Below are positions 52,666-63,343 of a DNA stretch of 64,000 bases, piece by piece. How positions within the stretch are numbered: position 1 is the stretch's first letter; each line of letters begins with the position of its first letter. The DNA is taken from assembly GCA_963788195.1 (NCBI GenBank), contig CAWBGA010000013.1:32001-96000 (forward strand). Reading direction: 5' to 3'. The DNA comes from Nitrospirota bacterium. Lineage in GTDB: Bacteria > Nitrospirota > Nitrospiria > Nitrospirales > NS-4. Both the position numbers and the translations under genes were made by a program. Below the pieces are notes generated by a model. It was given only the letters and a program-made list of their open reading frames with translations, was not told the DNA's origin and searched no databases.

Positions 52666-54198
52666 TCATCGCGTCCAGACGAACCACTTCTTTAAAATGT
52701 TTTTCTGGTTCTCGGTGAAATGGGCTTTGCGCCAGGCGTTGCCGACCTTTTTAATCACTTCCGCTTGTGTGGGATAGGGGTGAATGGTGCTGGTTAGGGT
52801 CTTTAAGCCGCCGCCGGATTTCATGAGCACGGTAAATTCACTGATCATTTCGCCTGCGTGCGCGGCGACGATTGTCGCGCCCAGAATCTTGTCCGTGTCC
52901 TTCTGCACGTGGATGCGCGCGAATCCTTCGGTTTGGCCATCAAGGATTGCGCGGTCCACTTCGTCCAAGTTGTAGGTGAAGGTCTCCACCTCCAAGCCAC
53001 TGGACGTGGCTTCGGCTTCGTATATGCCCACATGCGCGACTTCCGGCTCCGTGTAGGTGCACCAGGGGATGACTAGGGAATCTGTCCCGGTATAGCCCAG
53101 GCCGAAAGGATGCGGAAACAGCGCGTTCTGAATGACGATCTGGGCCATGGCATCAGCGGTATGAGTGAACTTAAAGGGAAAGCAAACATCGCCGGCCGCA
53201 TATATTTGAGCATTGCTGGTTCGTAGCCGTTTGTCCACCTTTACGCCACAGCCGTCGTACTCGACCTTGACGTTTTCCAGCCCGAGGCCTTCGACATTCG
53301 GCGCGCGGCCTATCCCCACCAGGATCTCATCCACCGCCAACTCTGCGGTCCTCCCGTGCGTTTCGTAGAACATGATCTTGTCTCTGCCTCGCGCCTCCAC
53401 CCGCACGATGGTTGCATCAAAGATAAACTGAACTCCATCCTTCACCATCTGTGCCTGGACGAGTGCGCTTGCGTCGAGGTCTTCGCGCGGCAGAAGGCGG
53501 CCCATTTTTTCCAGCAAGGTGACACGGCTGCCGAAGCGCGCAAAGGTTTGCGCCATCTCCACGCCGATTGGGCCGGCGCCGATGACCCCGAGCCGTGGCG
53601 GCAGCTCGGTCAATGAGAAGAAGGTCTCGTTCGTAAGGTAGCCGACCTCCCGCATCCCGGGAATCGACGGCGCAGCGGCCCGGGCGCCCGTGCACACCGC
53701 GGCCTTCTTGAAGCGCAGAATCGTATCTTCGACTTGAATCGTGTCCGGCCCTGTGAAGCGCGCCTCACCGAAAAAGACGTCGACGCCCATGTTCTTGAAC
53801 CGCTGTGCAGAATCCGTATGACTGATGCGCGCACGGAGCCTTCGCATCCGCGCCATCGCCTCGCTGAAGTCATATTTCACCTCTCCACTGATGTGGATGC
53901 CGAACTCCGCGGCTCTCCGCACGTCGGCCCAAGCCCGGGAGGCGCGAATGAGGCCCTTTGACGGGACACACCCGACATTGAGGCAGTCCCCGCCCATGAA
54001 ATGCTTCTCAATCAAGGCCACCCTGGCGCCGATGCCTGCTGCAATGGCGGCGGTGACAAGTCCGGCGGTGCCGGCGCCGATCACCACGAGGTTGTAACGG
54101 CCCGCCGGCTGAGGATTGACCCATGCTGGTGGGCGGACGTTCTCGAGAAGCTTTTTGTCAGACTCGTCGTCGGGAACGTTTGCCGCGTGAGCGCTCAT
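52666..54198 (-). CDS. Pyridine nucleotide-disulfide oxidoreductase (mercuric-reductase-like, no C-terminal CC)
   Basis: GGDCLNVGCVPSK; IHPYPT. Confidence 0.9.
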   Translation of the reverse strand: MSAHAANVPDDESDKKLLENVRPPAWVNPQPAGRYNLVVIGAGTAGLVTAAIAAGIGARVALIEKHFMGGDCLNVGCVPSKGLIRASRAWADVRRAAEFGIHISGEVKYDFSEAMARMRRLRARISHTDSAQRFKNMGVDVFFGEARFTGPDTIQVEDTILRFKKAAVCTGARAAAPSIPGMREVGYLTNETFFSLTELPPRLGVIGAGPIGVEMAQTFARFGSRVTLLEKMGRLLPREDLDASALVQAQMVKDGVQFIFDATIVRVEARGRDKIMFYETHGRTAELAVDEILVGIGRAPNVEGLGLENVKVEYDGCGVKVDKRLRTSNAQIYAAGDVCFPFKFTHTADAMAQIVIQNALFPHPFGLGYTGTDSLVIPWCTYTEPEVAHVGIYEAEATSSGLEVETFTYNLDEVDRAILDGQTEGFARIHVQKDTDKILGATIVAAHAGEMISEFTVLMKSGGGLKTLTSTIHPYPTQAEVIKKVGNAWRKAHFTENQKNILKKWFVWTR

Positions 54199-54224
54199 GC
54201 CTTCATTCCTCTGTTATCACACTG

Positions 54225-54911
54225 TCACGCGTTCCTAAGCTTTAGTTTTCGATACAAGACGGGCGCCACGGCAAAGAGACCCAGGAGGCATAGGGCACCC
54301 AGCACCGAAGGCGAAGCGATCTCACCTATCGAGTTGATCGAGCCAAGTTGCCGGCCGGCATTGGCAAACACGAAGCTGCCGGGAATGATCCCCACCGCGG
54401 TAGCGAGGACATACGTTCCAAGCCGGATCCGGGACAGCCCGGACAAAAGATTTACCAGAAAGAACGGAAAGATCGGGATGAGCCGCAGAGTCAGAAGATA
54501 GCTGAAGGCGTCCTTGGCAAACCCTTCCTGGATCGTCTTCAACCGGTCGCCGAATGTGCGCTCCACCCAGTCCCGCAGCAGGTATCGAGCGCCAAGAAAG
54601 GCAAGCGTTGCGCCGAGTGTAGCGGGGACAAGGACGATGAGAGTTCCGAGGAAACTGCCGAAGAGAAATCCGCCCGTCAACGTCAAGACGGCGCCACCGG
54701 GAAGCGAGAACGTCGTTTGTAGTAGATACAGCGCGCTGAAAATGGTCACGGCCATGGCGAAATGCTCTTGCGTATAGCGCAGAAGATCATCCCGGTGCGC
54801 CTTCAAGCTCTCAAGTGTTACATACTGCTTGAGGTCGAAGTAAAAAAAGGCGGCGAGAGCCGCGGCGAAAATCAGCGCCACCGCGAGTTTCCCCCATGAC
54901 GTGGGGTTCAT
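54225..54911 (-). CDS. TVP38/TMEM64 (DedA/SNARE-associated) membrane protein
   Basis: SLPGGAVLTLTGGFLFG; LRLIPIFPFFLVN. Confidence 0.92.
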   Translation of the reverse strand: MNPTSWGKLAVALIFAAALAAFFYFDLKQYVTLESLKAHRDDLLRYTQEHFAMAVTIFSALYLLQTTFSLPGGAVLTLTGGFLFGSFLGTLIVLVPATLGATLAFLGARYLLRDWVERTFGDRLKTIQEGFAKDAFSYLLTLRLIPIFPFFLVNLLSGLSRIRLGTYVLATAVGIIPGSFVFANAGRQLGSINSIGEIASPSVLGALCLLGLFAVAPVLYRKLKLRNA

Positions 54912-57900
54912 CTGATCGCGAAATCCACGCGGCTGTCCTCGAGCTTTGTTGACTTGTCTTGTGGCGGCTTCACGGAGGTGGCGAGTAGAAAGATGCGAGA
55001 CGGTTCGATCTTGCTCGTGACAAGATTGTCCTTCACGGCTTCGGCCCGTTGTCGGGCCAGTTCCCGCAGGTCGTCCTCGGTGATGATGATGTGAGCAAGA
55101 ATTAATTTTTCCATCTCGGGCACTTCCAGATCTTTGTTCATTCCCAACACGTTGCGTGGCTTTGGAAAAGTTTCCTTCTTGTACGCCAGAGTGAGGTATC
55201 TCGCGTATTCGTTCGGTTCCACTTTGACAGTGTTCAGTGTGGCGGTGGTCGCGCCCTTCTTCGTCAGCTCAGTGAGCTTCTGCGCCTTGAGCTTCCGATC
55301 GAACTGCTCCTGTCGCAACGCTTCCTGGTCCTCCTCGGTGTCAACATGGCCGGCGACATCCAGCTTGAGCGCGGGGCGCTCGAAGAGAACTTTCGCCAGC
55401 GTCTTCAATTTGTCTTGCGCCGCGCTGTCCAAATCCGCGCTTCCGTAGGCGAACTCGATATGGCTCAGCGCCGGCCCGCCGCCGACTAGAGATCCCAGCA
55501 AGGCAAAGGGCGCGGTCGCGGCCTTGGTCAGGAGGTTGGTGAGGACCTGGCCGATCACCGCCCAGACGCTGAATTGGGGATCGTCAAGCGAGCCGGTCAC
55601 CGGAAGGTCAAGATCGATGAGACCGTTTCTGTCCTTGAGGAGGGAGACTGCGAAGCGGACCGGTAACTTCGTGGCGGTCGGGCTGTCCACCTTGTCGCCG
55701 AGGGTGAACTGGTCGAGCAGTATCTTGTTCTGGGCCTTGACCATGCGTTTCTCAATGAGATATTTGAGGCTGAGCGAGAGCTTGCCCTTGTCAATCGCAT
55801 AGCCGGCGTACTTTGCGGCGTAGGGAGTCATGGAGCTCAGTTCGATATCCTTGAAATCCACCTGAATATCAACGAACAGATCCCGGCCGAGCGGATTGAT
55901 GGTTCCCACAATCTGAAGAGGCGAACCGCCCTCGAGCTTCCCGCGCAGGTCCACGTCGGCACGTTGCATTTCTTCCGAAGACAGTCCGGAAATTCTTCCA
56001 CCCACCTCGGAAAGCCGTGCGGAATAGTTCGGTTTGATGTAGCGGTCGGAGAAACTGATATCGCCGCCCTGCATAGTGACGGAATTGATGGTGACTGATG
56101 TCGGCGCCTCCGCTGTCGGCGCCTCCGCGGAAGGCGGGTCTTTGGCGGACTGGGGCTTGGCACTCTCGGTCTGAGTCATCTCAGGGTTTGGGGATTCCTT
56201 GCCGCGGACCATAATGCCTTGTACGTTGAACGTGCCGTCTGTATTTACGATCAGACGGGAGTAAAAATCAGTGAGTGCGATTTTATCGATCTCCACGCGC
56301 AGAGGCTTGTTGCCGGCATTGATGCCATTGACGGCCAGGGAGTTCCATTTCAAGAAATCTTCCGAGGCCCCCTTATCGATCGTTGCCAGGTTCGAGACCG
56401 TGGCATCGCCGGTAAAGGTGACCCCCATGGTATTATCACGATCAGCCGCAACCTTGAGATTTCCACTGGTGGCGACGGCGCCGTTTGTCACTGTGATGTT
56501 GATCTTATCGGTGAAATACGGCTGGAGTGCAGCAAGGGACACCCCCTTAAGGTCCAACTTTAGATCGGCATAGGCAGGGTCTATGCCGAGCGAGCCGGCA
56601 GCCGACACGACACCGGTTTTGTTCAGGGTGAGGCGGACAGAGGCTTTCCCTCTGCTATTCTTGGCAGAGGAGAGATTCTCACCCATCAGGCTTACAGGGT
56701 CAGCTACGAACGTCGTTGGCTCGGGCACAGCTAGGTCTTCGACGGTGACGGCATACTGATCTAGCGCGAGTTTCTTGAGGATCACCAACCAGGGTGCGCG
56801 GGGGTGGTCATTCCCGGGCGGTGCGACCGCAGGGGGATTCGCCGCAGGCGGAAGCGGTACCGTAAGCTTTGCCAGGTTGATCGCCCCGTCGTTAGCACGT
56901 TTGATTGCGAGGGCGCCTTTTTGAGAAGACACCTCGCCGACGGTGATTGTCTGTGCGGTGAGGTCGATGTCGGTATCCTTGACAGCCAGCAATGGAATCC
57001 TGAGAAACTCGTGCTTCTCGTCCATCTTTCTGAGCCGGAGTCGTCCCAGAGTCGCGGTAAGGCCTGACACCCGCGTCTGTCCTCCTTCGCCCGTGTACCG
57101 ATAATTCGATGTCAGGTCGAGAACGCCGTCCTCGAGATGAAACAAAAGGTTTTTGCCGTAATAGGCACCATATCGTTTGAGGGGAACATGGCTGAGCTGA
57201 ATGGTTCCTTCGGCCGCGAGCGGTTGAAGAGTCGCGGTGCCGGTGTGCGTCAGGATCTCGCCGGCGTCCGTGTTCATCGACGCTTCAATCGATGTCGTGT
57301 GGTTCGCGGCGTTGCTGAAATGATGGGCTGTGATGTTGATCTTTTCCAGAACAGCGCGGAACGGCGTGTCCATTGCGGCGTCTTCGAATGTGACCCTTCC
57401 ATTGACCAGACGAACCTCACCGGCTTCAATCTGTAACTCCTCACCAGCGGAAGCCTTCTTCGCCTTCTGGTTTTCCTGACTACCGACATTGTCTTTGGGG
57501 ATGAGCGACGCAAGATTGATCGCGCCATTTTTGTCGCGTTTGATGGACAGCTCCGGCGACTGTAGGAACACGGTCGCGAGGGTGAGTTTTCTGGAGAACA
57601 CATCGAACGACCCGATCTCGATTACCAGCCCGGGCAGGCTCATCAATGGTGCGGCGTCCATGTCGGTCGCTGCCAAGTGGTTGAGTACGAGCGTCCCGGC
57701 GACCGTTAAGGTGGGACCTTTGTCCCGAAATTGAATGAACGACAACGAAATCTTAGTGTCAAGGGTGCCCGATACGATCTTGAAACGCATCTCCAAAGGC
57801 ACATACTCCAGATACTTGGGGATCTCGAAGTCCGTGACATTGAGGTCGACGATGGTTTCCCGTGAATCGGTAAAAGGCTTTGTCTTTCCATGCAGCGCGA

Positions 57901-58534
57901 CCGGAGTTCCATTTACATCTGCTTGGAATGTGGGTTTGACATACACATCGACGTCGTACGGCAGGTTTGAGATAAACGGAATTGCAAGGGTGACACCCTT
58001 CACCGTATGGTGTGCCTGCTTCGGGCGGTCATCAAAATCGATATGGCCTTCCGCAAGCTGAATATTATTCAACGAGAATCGAAATGGCTTGCGCTGTTTC
58101 GGTTCTGGGGCGGCTGTCGATCCAAATGCCGCTAGGAGATCGGAAAAGTTATAGGTCTGGTCCTCATTGCGAACGATACTCAGATGTGGGGCTTTCAGAC
58201 GGATATCCTTGAGCACGGGGCCGCCTCTCACCAAGGATATGGCTTCAAAATCGAGGCGCAAGGCTTCGAAGGTTAGAAAAGGCGCGAAGCCGGTGCGATC
58301 TTTGAGAGAAAATCCCTCGATCTCGATGGTGAGAAGGAAAGGGTTGAAGTGAATCTGCCGGATCGCGGTCTCACGATGGAGTTTTTCAGATAGTTGGTTG
58401 GTCAGAACCGTTTTCAGGACCCGTGGCAGAACCACGAATCCGAGCAGGGCATAAAGGCTGACGCCAGCCAGCCCCCAAACTAGCACCTTGAGCAGGAGCC
58501 GCAATTTCCGTTGGGCGAGGAGGGACGCTAGCAC
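54908..58534 (-). CDS. DUF748 (AsmA-like) envelope protein with degenerate OmpA-like C-terminus
   Basis: FNPFLL; PYAAKYAGY; LLKDRNGLIDLDLPVTGSLDDPQFS. Confidence 0.9.
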   Translation of the reverse strand: MLASLLAQRKLRLLLKVLVWGLAGVSLYALLGFVVLPRVLKTVLTNQLSEKLHRETAIRQIHFNPFLLTIEIEGFSLKDRTGFAPFLTFEALRLDFEAISLVRGGPVLKDIRLKAPHLSIVRNEDQTYNFSDLLAAFGSTAAPEPKQRKPFRFSLNNIQLAEGHIDFDDRPKQAHHTVKGVTLAIPFISNLPYDVDVYVKPTFQADVNGTPVALHGKTKPFTDSRETIVDLNVTDFEIPKYLEYVPLEMRFKIVSGTLDTKISLSFIQFRDKGPTLTVAGTLVLNHLAATDMDAAPLMSLPGLVIEIGSFDVFSRKLTLATVFLQSPELSIKRDKNGAINLASLIPKDNVGSQENQKAKKASAGEELQIEAGEVRLVNGRVTFEDAAMDTPFRAVLEKINITAHHFSNAANHTTSIEASMNTDAGEILTHTGTATLQPLAAEGTIQLSHVPLKRYGAYYGKNLLFHLEDGVLDLTSNYRYTGEGGQTRVSGLTATLGRLRLRKMDEKHEFLRIPLLAVKDTDIDLTAQTITVGEVSSQKGALAIKRANDGAINLAKLTVPLPPAANPPAVAPPGNDHPRAPWLVILKKLALDQYAVTVEDLAVPEPTTFVADPVSLMGENLSSAKNSRGKASVRLTLNKTGVVSAAGSLGIDPAYADLKLDLKGVSLAALQPYFTDKINITVTNGAVATSGNLKVAADRDNTMGVTFTGDATVSNLATIDKGASEDFLKWNSLAVNGINAGNKPLRVEIDKIALTDFYSRLIVNTDGTFNVQGIMVRGKESPNPEMTQTESAKPQSAKDPPSAEAPTAEAPTSVTINSVTMQGGDISFSDRYIKPNYSARLSEVGGRISGLSSEEMQRADVDLRGKLEGGSPLQIVGTINPLGRDLFVDIQVDFKDIELSSMTPYAAKYAGYAIDKGKLSLSLKYLIEKRMVKAQNKILLDQFTLGDKVDSPTATKLPVRFAVSLLKDRNGLIDLDLPVTGSLDDPQFSVWAVIGQVLTNLLTKAATAPFALLGSLVGGGPALSHIEFAYGSADLDSAAQDKLKTLAKVLFERPALKLDVAGHVDTEEDQEALRQEQFDRKLKAQKLTELTKKGATTATLNTVKVEPNEYARYLTLAYKKETFPKPRNVLGMNKDLEVPEMEKLILAHIIITEDDLRELARQRAEAVKDNLVTSKIEPSRIFLLATSVKPPQDKSTKLEDSRVDFAIR

Positions 58535-58655
58535 GGGGTAAGCATAGGGGAGGGAAGGATAGTCCTGTCAAGACGTTCGTGCGCGCCGCTTGAATCCGGG
58601 AAGTCGACCGACGGTCTCAAACTCCAGCGGCTCAACTGCGAAGAGCCGGATCAGC

Positions 58656-58867
58656 CTGACCATGGACCGTATTTTTAAAGGGGAATGCTGGCCATCGGGC
58701 AGATGGAGGACATCGTAGTAAAAGCCATCACGAGGATCCCACAGGTCGATGCCTTCTCCCCGACGTTATGCATCGCGTGGCAGCTCGCCCATCGGAAGCG
58801 GTGCGCCCCGGTCAAAAACGCCGATGTTATCGAGGCCCAGGAAGCCGCCCTGAAATACATTGCGCCT
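58656..58867 (-). pseudogene. Internally deleted remnant of a GH63 glucosidase paralogue
   Basis: Matches ~61085-61204 joined directly to ~61350-61431. Confidence 0.85.
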
Positions 58868-58915
58868 GTCGGCTCTCCAGAAGCGGCCGTGCGATAGCTC
58901 TTGAAACGTGGTCTC

Positions 58916-59311
58916 CTACGATTCGTCATAGGGAGGGACGAGGAAATGTTCTATGCATTTCAGCTCGAGCAAATCGAGGGTGAACGGTCTGATGATGATG
59001 TCCCGCGCGCCTTTTTGTCTGGCTTCTACCAGTAGATCAGCGTCCGGCCAGGCACAGAAGATGATGACAGGGATTTCCGGATGAAGCTCTACGAGTTCCT
59101 GGAGTATATCCAAGCCGTCTGGAAAGGGCGGCTCGAGATTCAGAAGGATACCGTGGAAGGACCTTCGGCTATGGGCCCAGTTCTTGATCAGCAGCAGCGC
59201 GTGTTCAGGTTTGTGTGTCTCAATGACATCGAACCCGAAGGCTGCCAGTCTGTCGCCGAGTAGTGCGGACGTGTCAGAATCGCTGTCAATGACCAAGACG
59301 AGAGGTTGCAT
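58916..59311 (-). CDS. Single-domain atypical receiver protein
   Basis: VLVIDSD; ILLNLEPPFPDG; PVIIFCA; GARDIIIRPF. Confidence 0.8.
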   Translation of the reverse strand: MQPLVLVIDSDSDTSALLGDRLAAFGFDVIETHKPEHALLLIKNWAHSRRSFHGILLNLEPPFPDGLDILQELVELHPEIPVIIFCAWPDADLLVEARQKGARDIIIRPFTLDLLELKCIEHFLVPPYDES

Positions 59312-59399
59312 TCAAAGTCCATCTCCATGAGGTGTCCAAGCATCTTTCGTACAGTACCGAGTACGGTGATAGCTTAACGAAATGGGTGGCCTTTACAAT

Positions 59400-59431
59400 C
59401 TGTCAATAAAGGAAGCTGTCAATAAAGGAAG
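59400..59431. repeat. 16-bp perfect tandem repeat between divergent genes
   Basis: CTGTCAATAAAGGAAG twice. Confidence 0.8.
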
Positions 59432-59458
59432 TGCCTCTTGTTGCGTCATGGGAGGGAT

Positions 59459-60253
59459 ATGGACACTGATACGGTCTCTCACGTGAACAAGATCCGGAAC
59501 GAGACCATCGTCTTGCAGGGAGAGATGTCGCTGGACGACCTCGAGCGTTTGACAGACCGATGCCGCAGCCCAAAGCAACTTCGAGCCTTGCTGGATCGCG
59601 TTCAGACATTTCTCCCTTACCAAAGCCTCGTCTGCGGGTGGGGTTATCGATCGCACCCTACGATTGGCGTCATTTTTAACCACGGTTACCCGGTTGAATT
59701 TTTGCGCTGGTATCTCAGCAAAGGCCTGCTGTGGAAGGGCCCTGTATTTCAGGAATGGTTACGGACGGAAAAAGCGCAGGTCTACGACGATGTTCAAAAG
59801 CGCCTCAAAGACCAGTTTGATCCCGAACTTCGGAGGCGAGCCCGGAAATTCAATCTGCAGCACTCGATAGCCGGAGGTCTGATCAGGAAAGATCTTTGGA
59901 TCTTTTTTGCTTTGAGCATGGATTCCGCAAAGACTTGCCGAGCGCATCTGGAGCTATTCCAGAGCATCGCGCCGATGCTGGCCAAGGCACTGAAACGTGC
60001 CTGCCCGCGTCCACTGCTCAGCAACAGGGAACTCGCCGTCCTGGAACGTCGAGCGATGGGGGAATCGCTCAAAGTAATCGCCGCGTCAAAAGGCATCACC
60101 GAGCGGACAGTCAGGTTTCACCTGCAGCGGATCAAGCGGAAGCTGTACACCGATGATCTGGTGAACGCAGTGGTGATTGCGGTCAGAAGCGGCATGCTTG
60201 AGCAAACGTGGAAGGAATGGAACTGGCGGAAGGAAACGGCAACCTCCCGGTGA
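59459..60253 (+). CDS. LuxR-family regulator with autoinducer-binding-type domain (no luxI in the window)
   Basis: NHGYPVEFLRWY..GPV; LSNRELAVL...ITERTVRFHL. Confidence 0.88.
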   Translation: MDTDTVSHVNKIRNETIVLQGEMSLDDLERLTDRCRSPKQLRALLDRVQTFLPYQSLVCGWGYRSHPTIGVIFNHGYPVEFLRWYLSKGLLWKGPVFQEWLRTEKAQVYDDVQKRLKDQFDPELRRRARKFNLQHSIAGGLIRKDLWIFFALSMDSAKTCRAHLELFQSIAPMLAKALKRACPRPLLSNRELAVLERRAMGESLKVIAASKGITERTVRFHLQRIKRKLYTDDLVNAVVIAVRSGMLEQTWKEWNWRKETATSR

Positions 60254-60360
60254 AGTGCCCTGCTCCACGCGCTACGAACGTAATGCACGTAATGGTGAAG
60301 AACTAGCGGCGCGTGGATTCTATCTCGACGTTCCGGCGTGGGATTCCGTGTAGGATTTAT

Positions 60361-63049
60361 CTACTCGCGGTTTTGTTGCATCAGCTTCGCGATGAGGGCG
60401 GTCCAGCCGGTCTGATGGCTGGCGCCGATGCCCGCGCCATTGTCGCCGTGGAAATACTCATAAAACAGGATCAAGTCCCGCCAATGCGGGTCAGTCTGAA
60501 ATATTTCCGTCCCGCCGTAGAGTGGGCGCCGGCCGTCCGGGCCGCGCAGGAAAATTCTCGTCAGACGATGTGAGATGTCTTCCGCCACTTCCCAGAGGTT
60601 CATCATTTTCCCGGAGCCCGTTGGGCACTCCACCGTATAAGCGTCGCCCAGATAATGATGAAACTTTTGGAGCGATTCGATCAGTAGAAAGTTCACCGGA
60701 AACCATACGGGTCCGCGCCAGTTGGAGTTGCCCCCGAACATTCCAGTCGTCGATTCGGCCGGGTCGTAGTCCACGCGATGCTCGATGCCATCCACGTGCA
60801 GCGTATAGGGATGGTCTTTATGGTATCGCGACAGGGCGCGAATCCCATGAGGAGATAAAAACTCCTTTTCGTCCAGCATGTACTTAAGGACGCGGCGCAA
60901 CTGGTGGCGGTTGACCAGCGATAAGAAGCGGCGCACCTGGGCATCGGCAGTCGTTTCAGTCTCGATATGATTGCTGAGCTCCGGCCGGTGTTCGATGAAC
61001 CATTGCATGCGCCGCTTGAATCCCGGAAGTCGATCGACCGTTTCAGACTCCAGCGTCTCAACCGCGAACAGCGGGATCAGCCCAACCATGGACCGTATTT
61101 TCAATGGAGAATGCCGGCCGTCCGGGAGATGGAGGACATCGTAGTAAAATCCGTCACGAGGATCCCACAGGTCGATGCCGTTCTCCCCGACGTTATGCAT
61201 CGCGCGGCAGATATAGACGAAATGTTCAAAGAACTTGCTCGCCACATCCTGGTAGACGCAGATTTTCGTGCGCGAGCTCGAGCGCGATCTGAAGCATGTT
61301 GAGACAAAACATGCCCATCCAGCTCGTGGCGTCCGACTGCTCGATGTGCCCGCCCATGGGCAGGGGCGCGCTGCGGTCAAAGACGCCGATGTTGTCCAGG
61401 CCCAGGAAGCCGCCCTGAAATACATTGCGCCCCTCGGCATCTTTGCGGTTCACCCACCACGTAAATTCAACAGAAGCTTGTGAAAGACACGCTCCAGGAA
61501 TCGGCGGTCGGCCCGGCCTGAGCGCTTTTCGTCGATTTTGTATACCCGCCATGCGGCCCAGGCATGCACCGGTGGGTTGACATCGCTGAAGTTACCCTCG
61601 TACGCGGGCAATTGGCCGTTCGGGTGCATGTACCACTCCCGTAGAAGCAGCACGAGCTGGTCCTTGGCGAAGGCCGGGTCCACCAGCGCCAGCGGCACGC
61701 AATGAAAGGCCAGATCCCATGCGGCGTACCAGGGGTATTCCCATTTGTCCGGCATGGAAAGCACGTCGGAGTTATAGAGATGCGTCCACTCATGATTGCG
61801 GCCGTTCAACCGCTCGCGCGGTGGCGGCGGGCTCGTGGGGTCCCCGCGAAGCCACCGGCTGACGTCGTAATAGTAAAACTGCTTGGTCCATAGCAAACCG
61901 GCAAAGGCCTGGCGCATGAGATTCTTGCCTTCCGTGGAGAGGTCCGCCGGAATGATGGACCTGTAGAACTCGTCGGCCTCCATCCGGCGCTCCGTAAAGA
62001 GACGGTCAAACTCCTCATCGAAGGGCTGCCAGCCGGCGGTTGTCTGTCGGTCGCTCAACCTGAGTTTCACGGTTACGCTTTGGCCGGGCGCCAGAACCAA
62101 CGGATAGTGTGCAGCGGCCTTCGTGCCGACCCGCCCGGGGTTCACCGAGTTTGTGTTCCCGCTGCACGATATAGTCATTGATGCCGTCCTTGAAATAGCC
62201 GGAGGCGGGGCGGTTCTCGGCCCAATGATCGCGAGGCACCCGATCCGGATTCGTCTCATTATTCGTGAAGAGGATCTCGGTGGGGCTCTCGCAATAGAGC
62301 CAGCGCTGATCATAATAATAGTGTTTTAGAGCGATGATACTTGAGCCGGACGCGCTCGGCTCCTGGCGCAGCTGCGGGGGGCGGGCGTCGAGCCCCCATG
62401 ACCAGGTGTTTCGGAACCAGAGCGTCGGGAGAACATGCAGGTGAGCGGGATCGGGGCCGCGATTGACGGCCTCAATGCGTATCAGAATATCTTCCGGGGC
62501 AGCTTTGGCATATTCGATAAAGATATCAAAGTAGCGGTCCTCACGAAATGCGCCGGTGTCCAGAAGCTCAAACTCCGGATCGCGACGGCTGCGACGTTTG
62601 TTTTCTTCGACGAGCAGAGCGTACGGGAACTCGGCGTGCGGATATTTGTACAGGTATCTCATGTAGGAATGCGTCGGCGTTGAGTCGAGATAAAAGTAAT
62701 ACTCCTTCACGTCTTCGCCGTGATTGCCCTCATTTCCGGTCAGCCCGAACAGCCGCTCTTTGAGGATAGGGTCCCGACCGTTCCACAACGCCAGGGCGAA
62801 GCAGATGAATTGCTGGCGATCACATATGCCGCCGAGGCCATCCTCTCCCCAGCGGTATGCTTTGGAGCGGGCATGATCGTGCGGCAAGTATTCCCAAAAG
62901 TAGCCGTCGGCGCTGTAGTCTTCCCGGACGGTGCCCCAGCTGCGTTCACTGAGGTACGGACCCCAGCGCTTCCAGTTTTTCTTCCGGGCGGCGTCTTCTG
63001 CCAGTCGTTGCGCCTCGGCCGACAAATGAGGTTTCTCGGAGTTCGCCAT
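60361..63049 (-). CDS. GH63/MGH1-like glucosidase (at least 3 frameshifts)
   Basis: [48 protein letters not shown]. Confidence 0.92.
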
Positions 63050-63127
63050 GAATCCTATTCTGCGTGTAATATCGAGGAGGTGTTATCATCGAGCACGACA
63101 AGCGACAGGCGCAAAAATTCCCCCAGC

Positions 63128-63210
63128 GAGCGCGTTCGAATCCCACCGACGGTGCCCGATGCAAACCCGCCCAGACCATCGGGTTCGAGCCACTCGGCAT
63201 CAAGATCCAC
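63128..63210 (-). pseudogene. N-terminal remnant of a glycogen debranching enzyme (amylo-alpha-1,6-glucosidase)
   Basis: DAEWLEPDGLGGFASGTVGGIRTR, after which similarity stops. Confidence 0.7.
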
Positions 63211-63343
63211 GTGTAGGGGCAATCGGGCCTCGCTGCTTTCGCTATAGACCTATTGAATTGGGAAAACAAGTTTTCCTACGCTTAGCTTTGTCTTGTCGTT
63301 CCGGACCGCCGCCGATAGACTGCGGGTAGCCTGAGGAGGGTCC

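Noticed and set aside
52666..54198. merA mercury resistance
   Set aside because: No C-terminal Cys-Cys pair, no NmerA domain and no merR/T/P; neighbours are TVP38 and DUF3047
56103..56128. Short tandem repeats in DUF748 (AEAPT twice) and in the RecA tail (EEKR-like)
   Set aside because: Ordinary low-complexity linker or tail expansions
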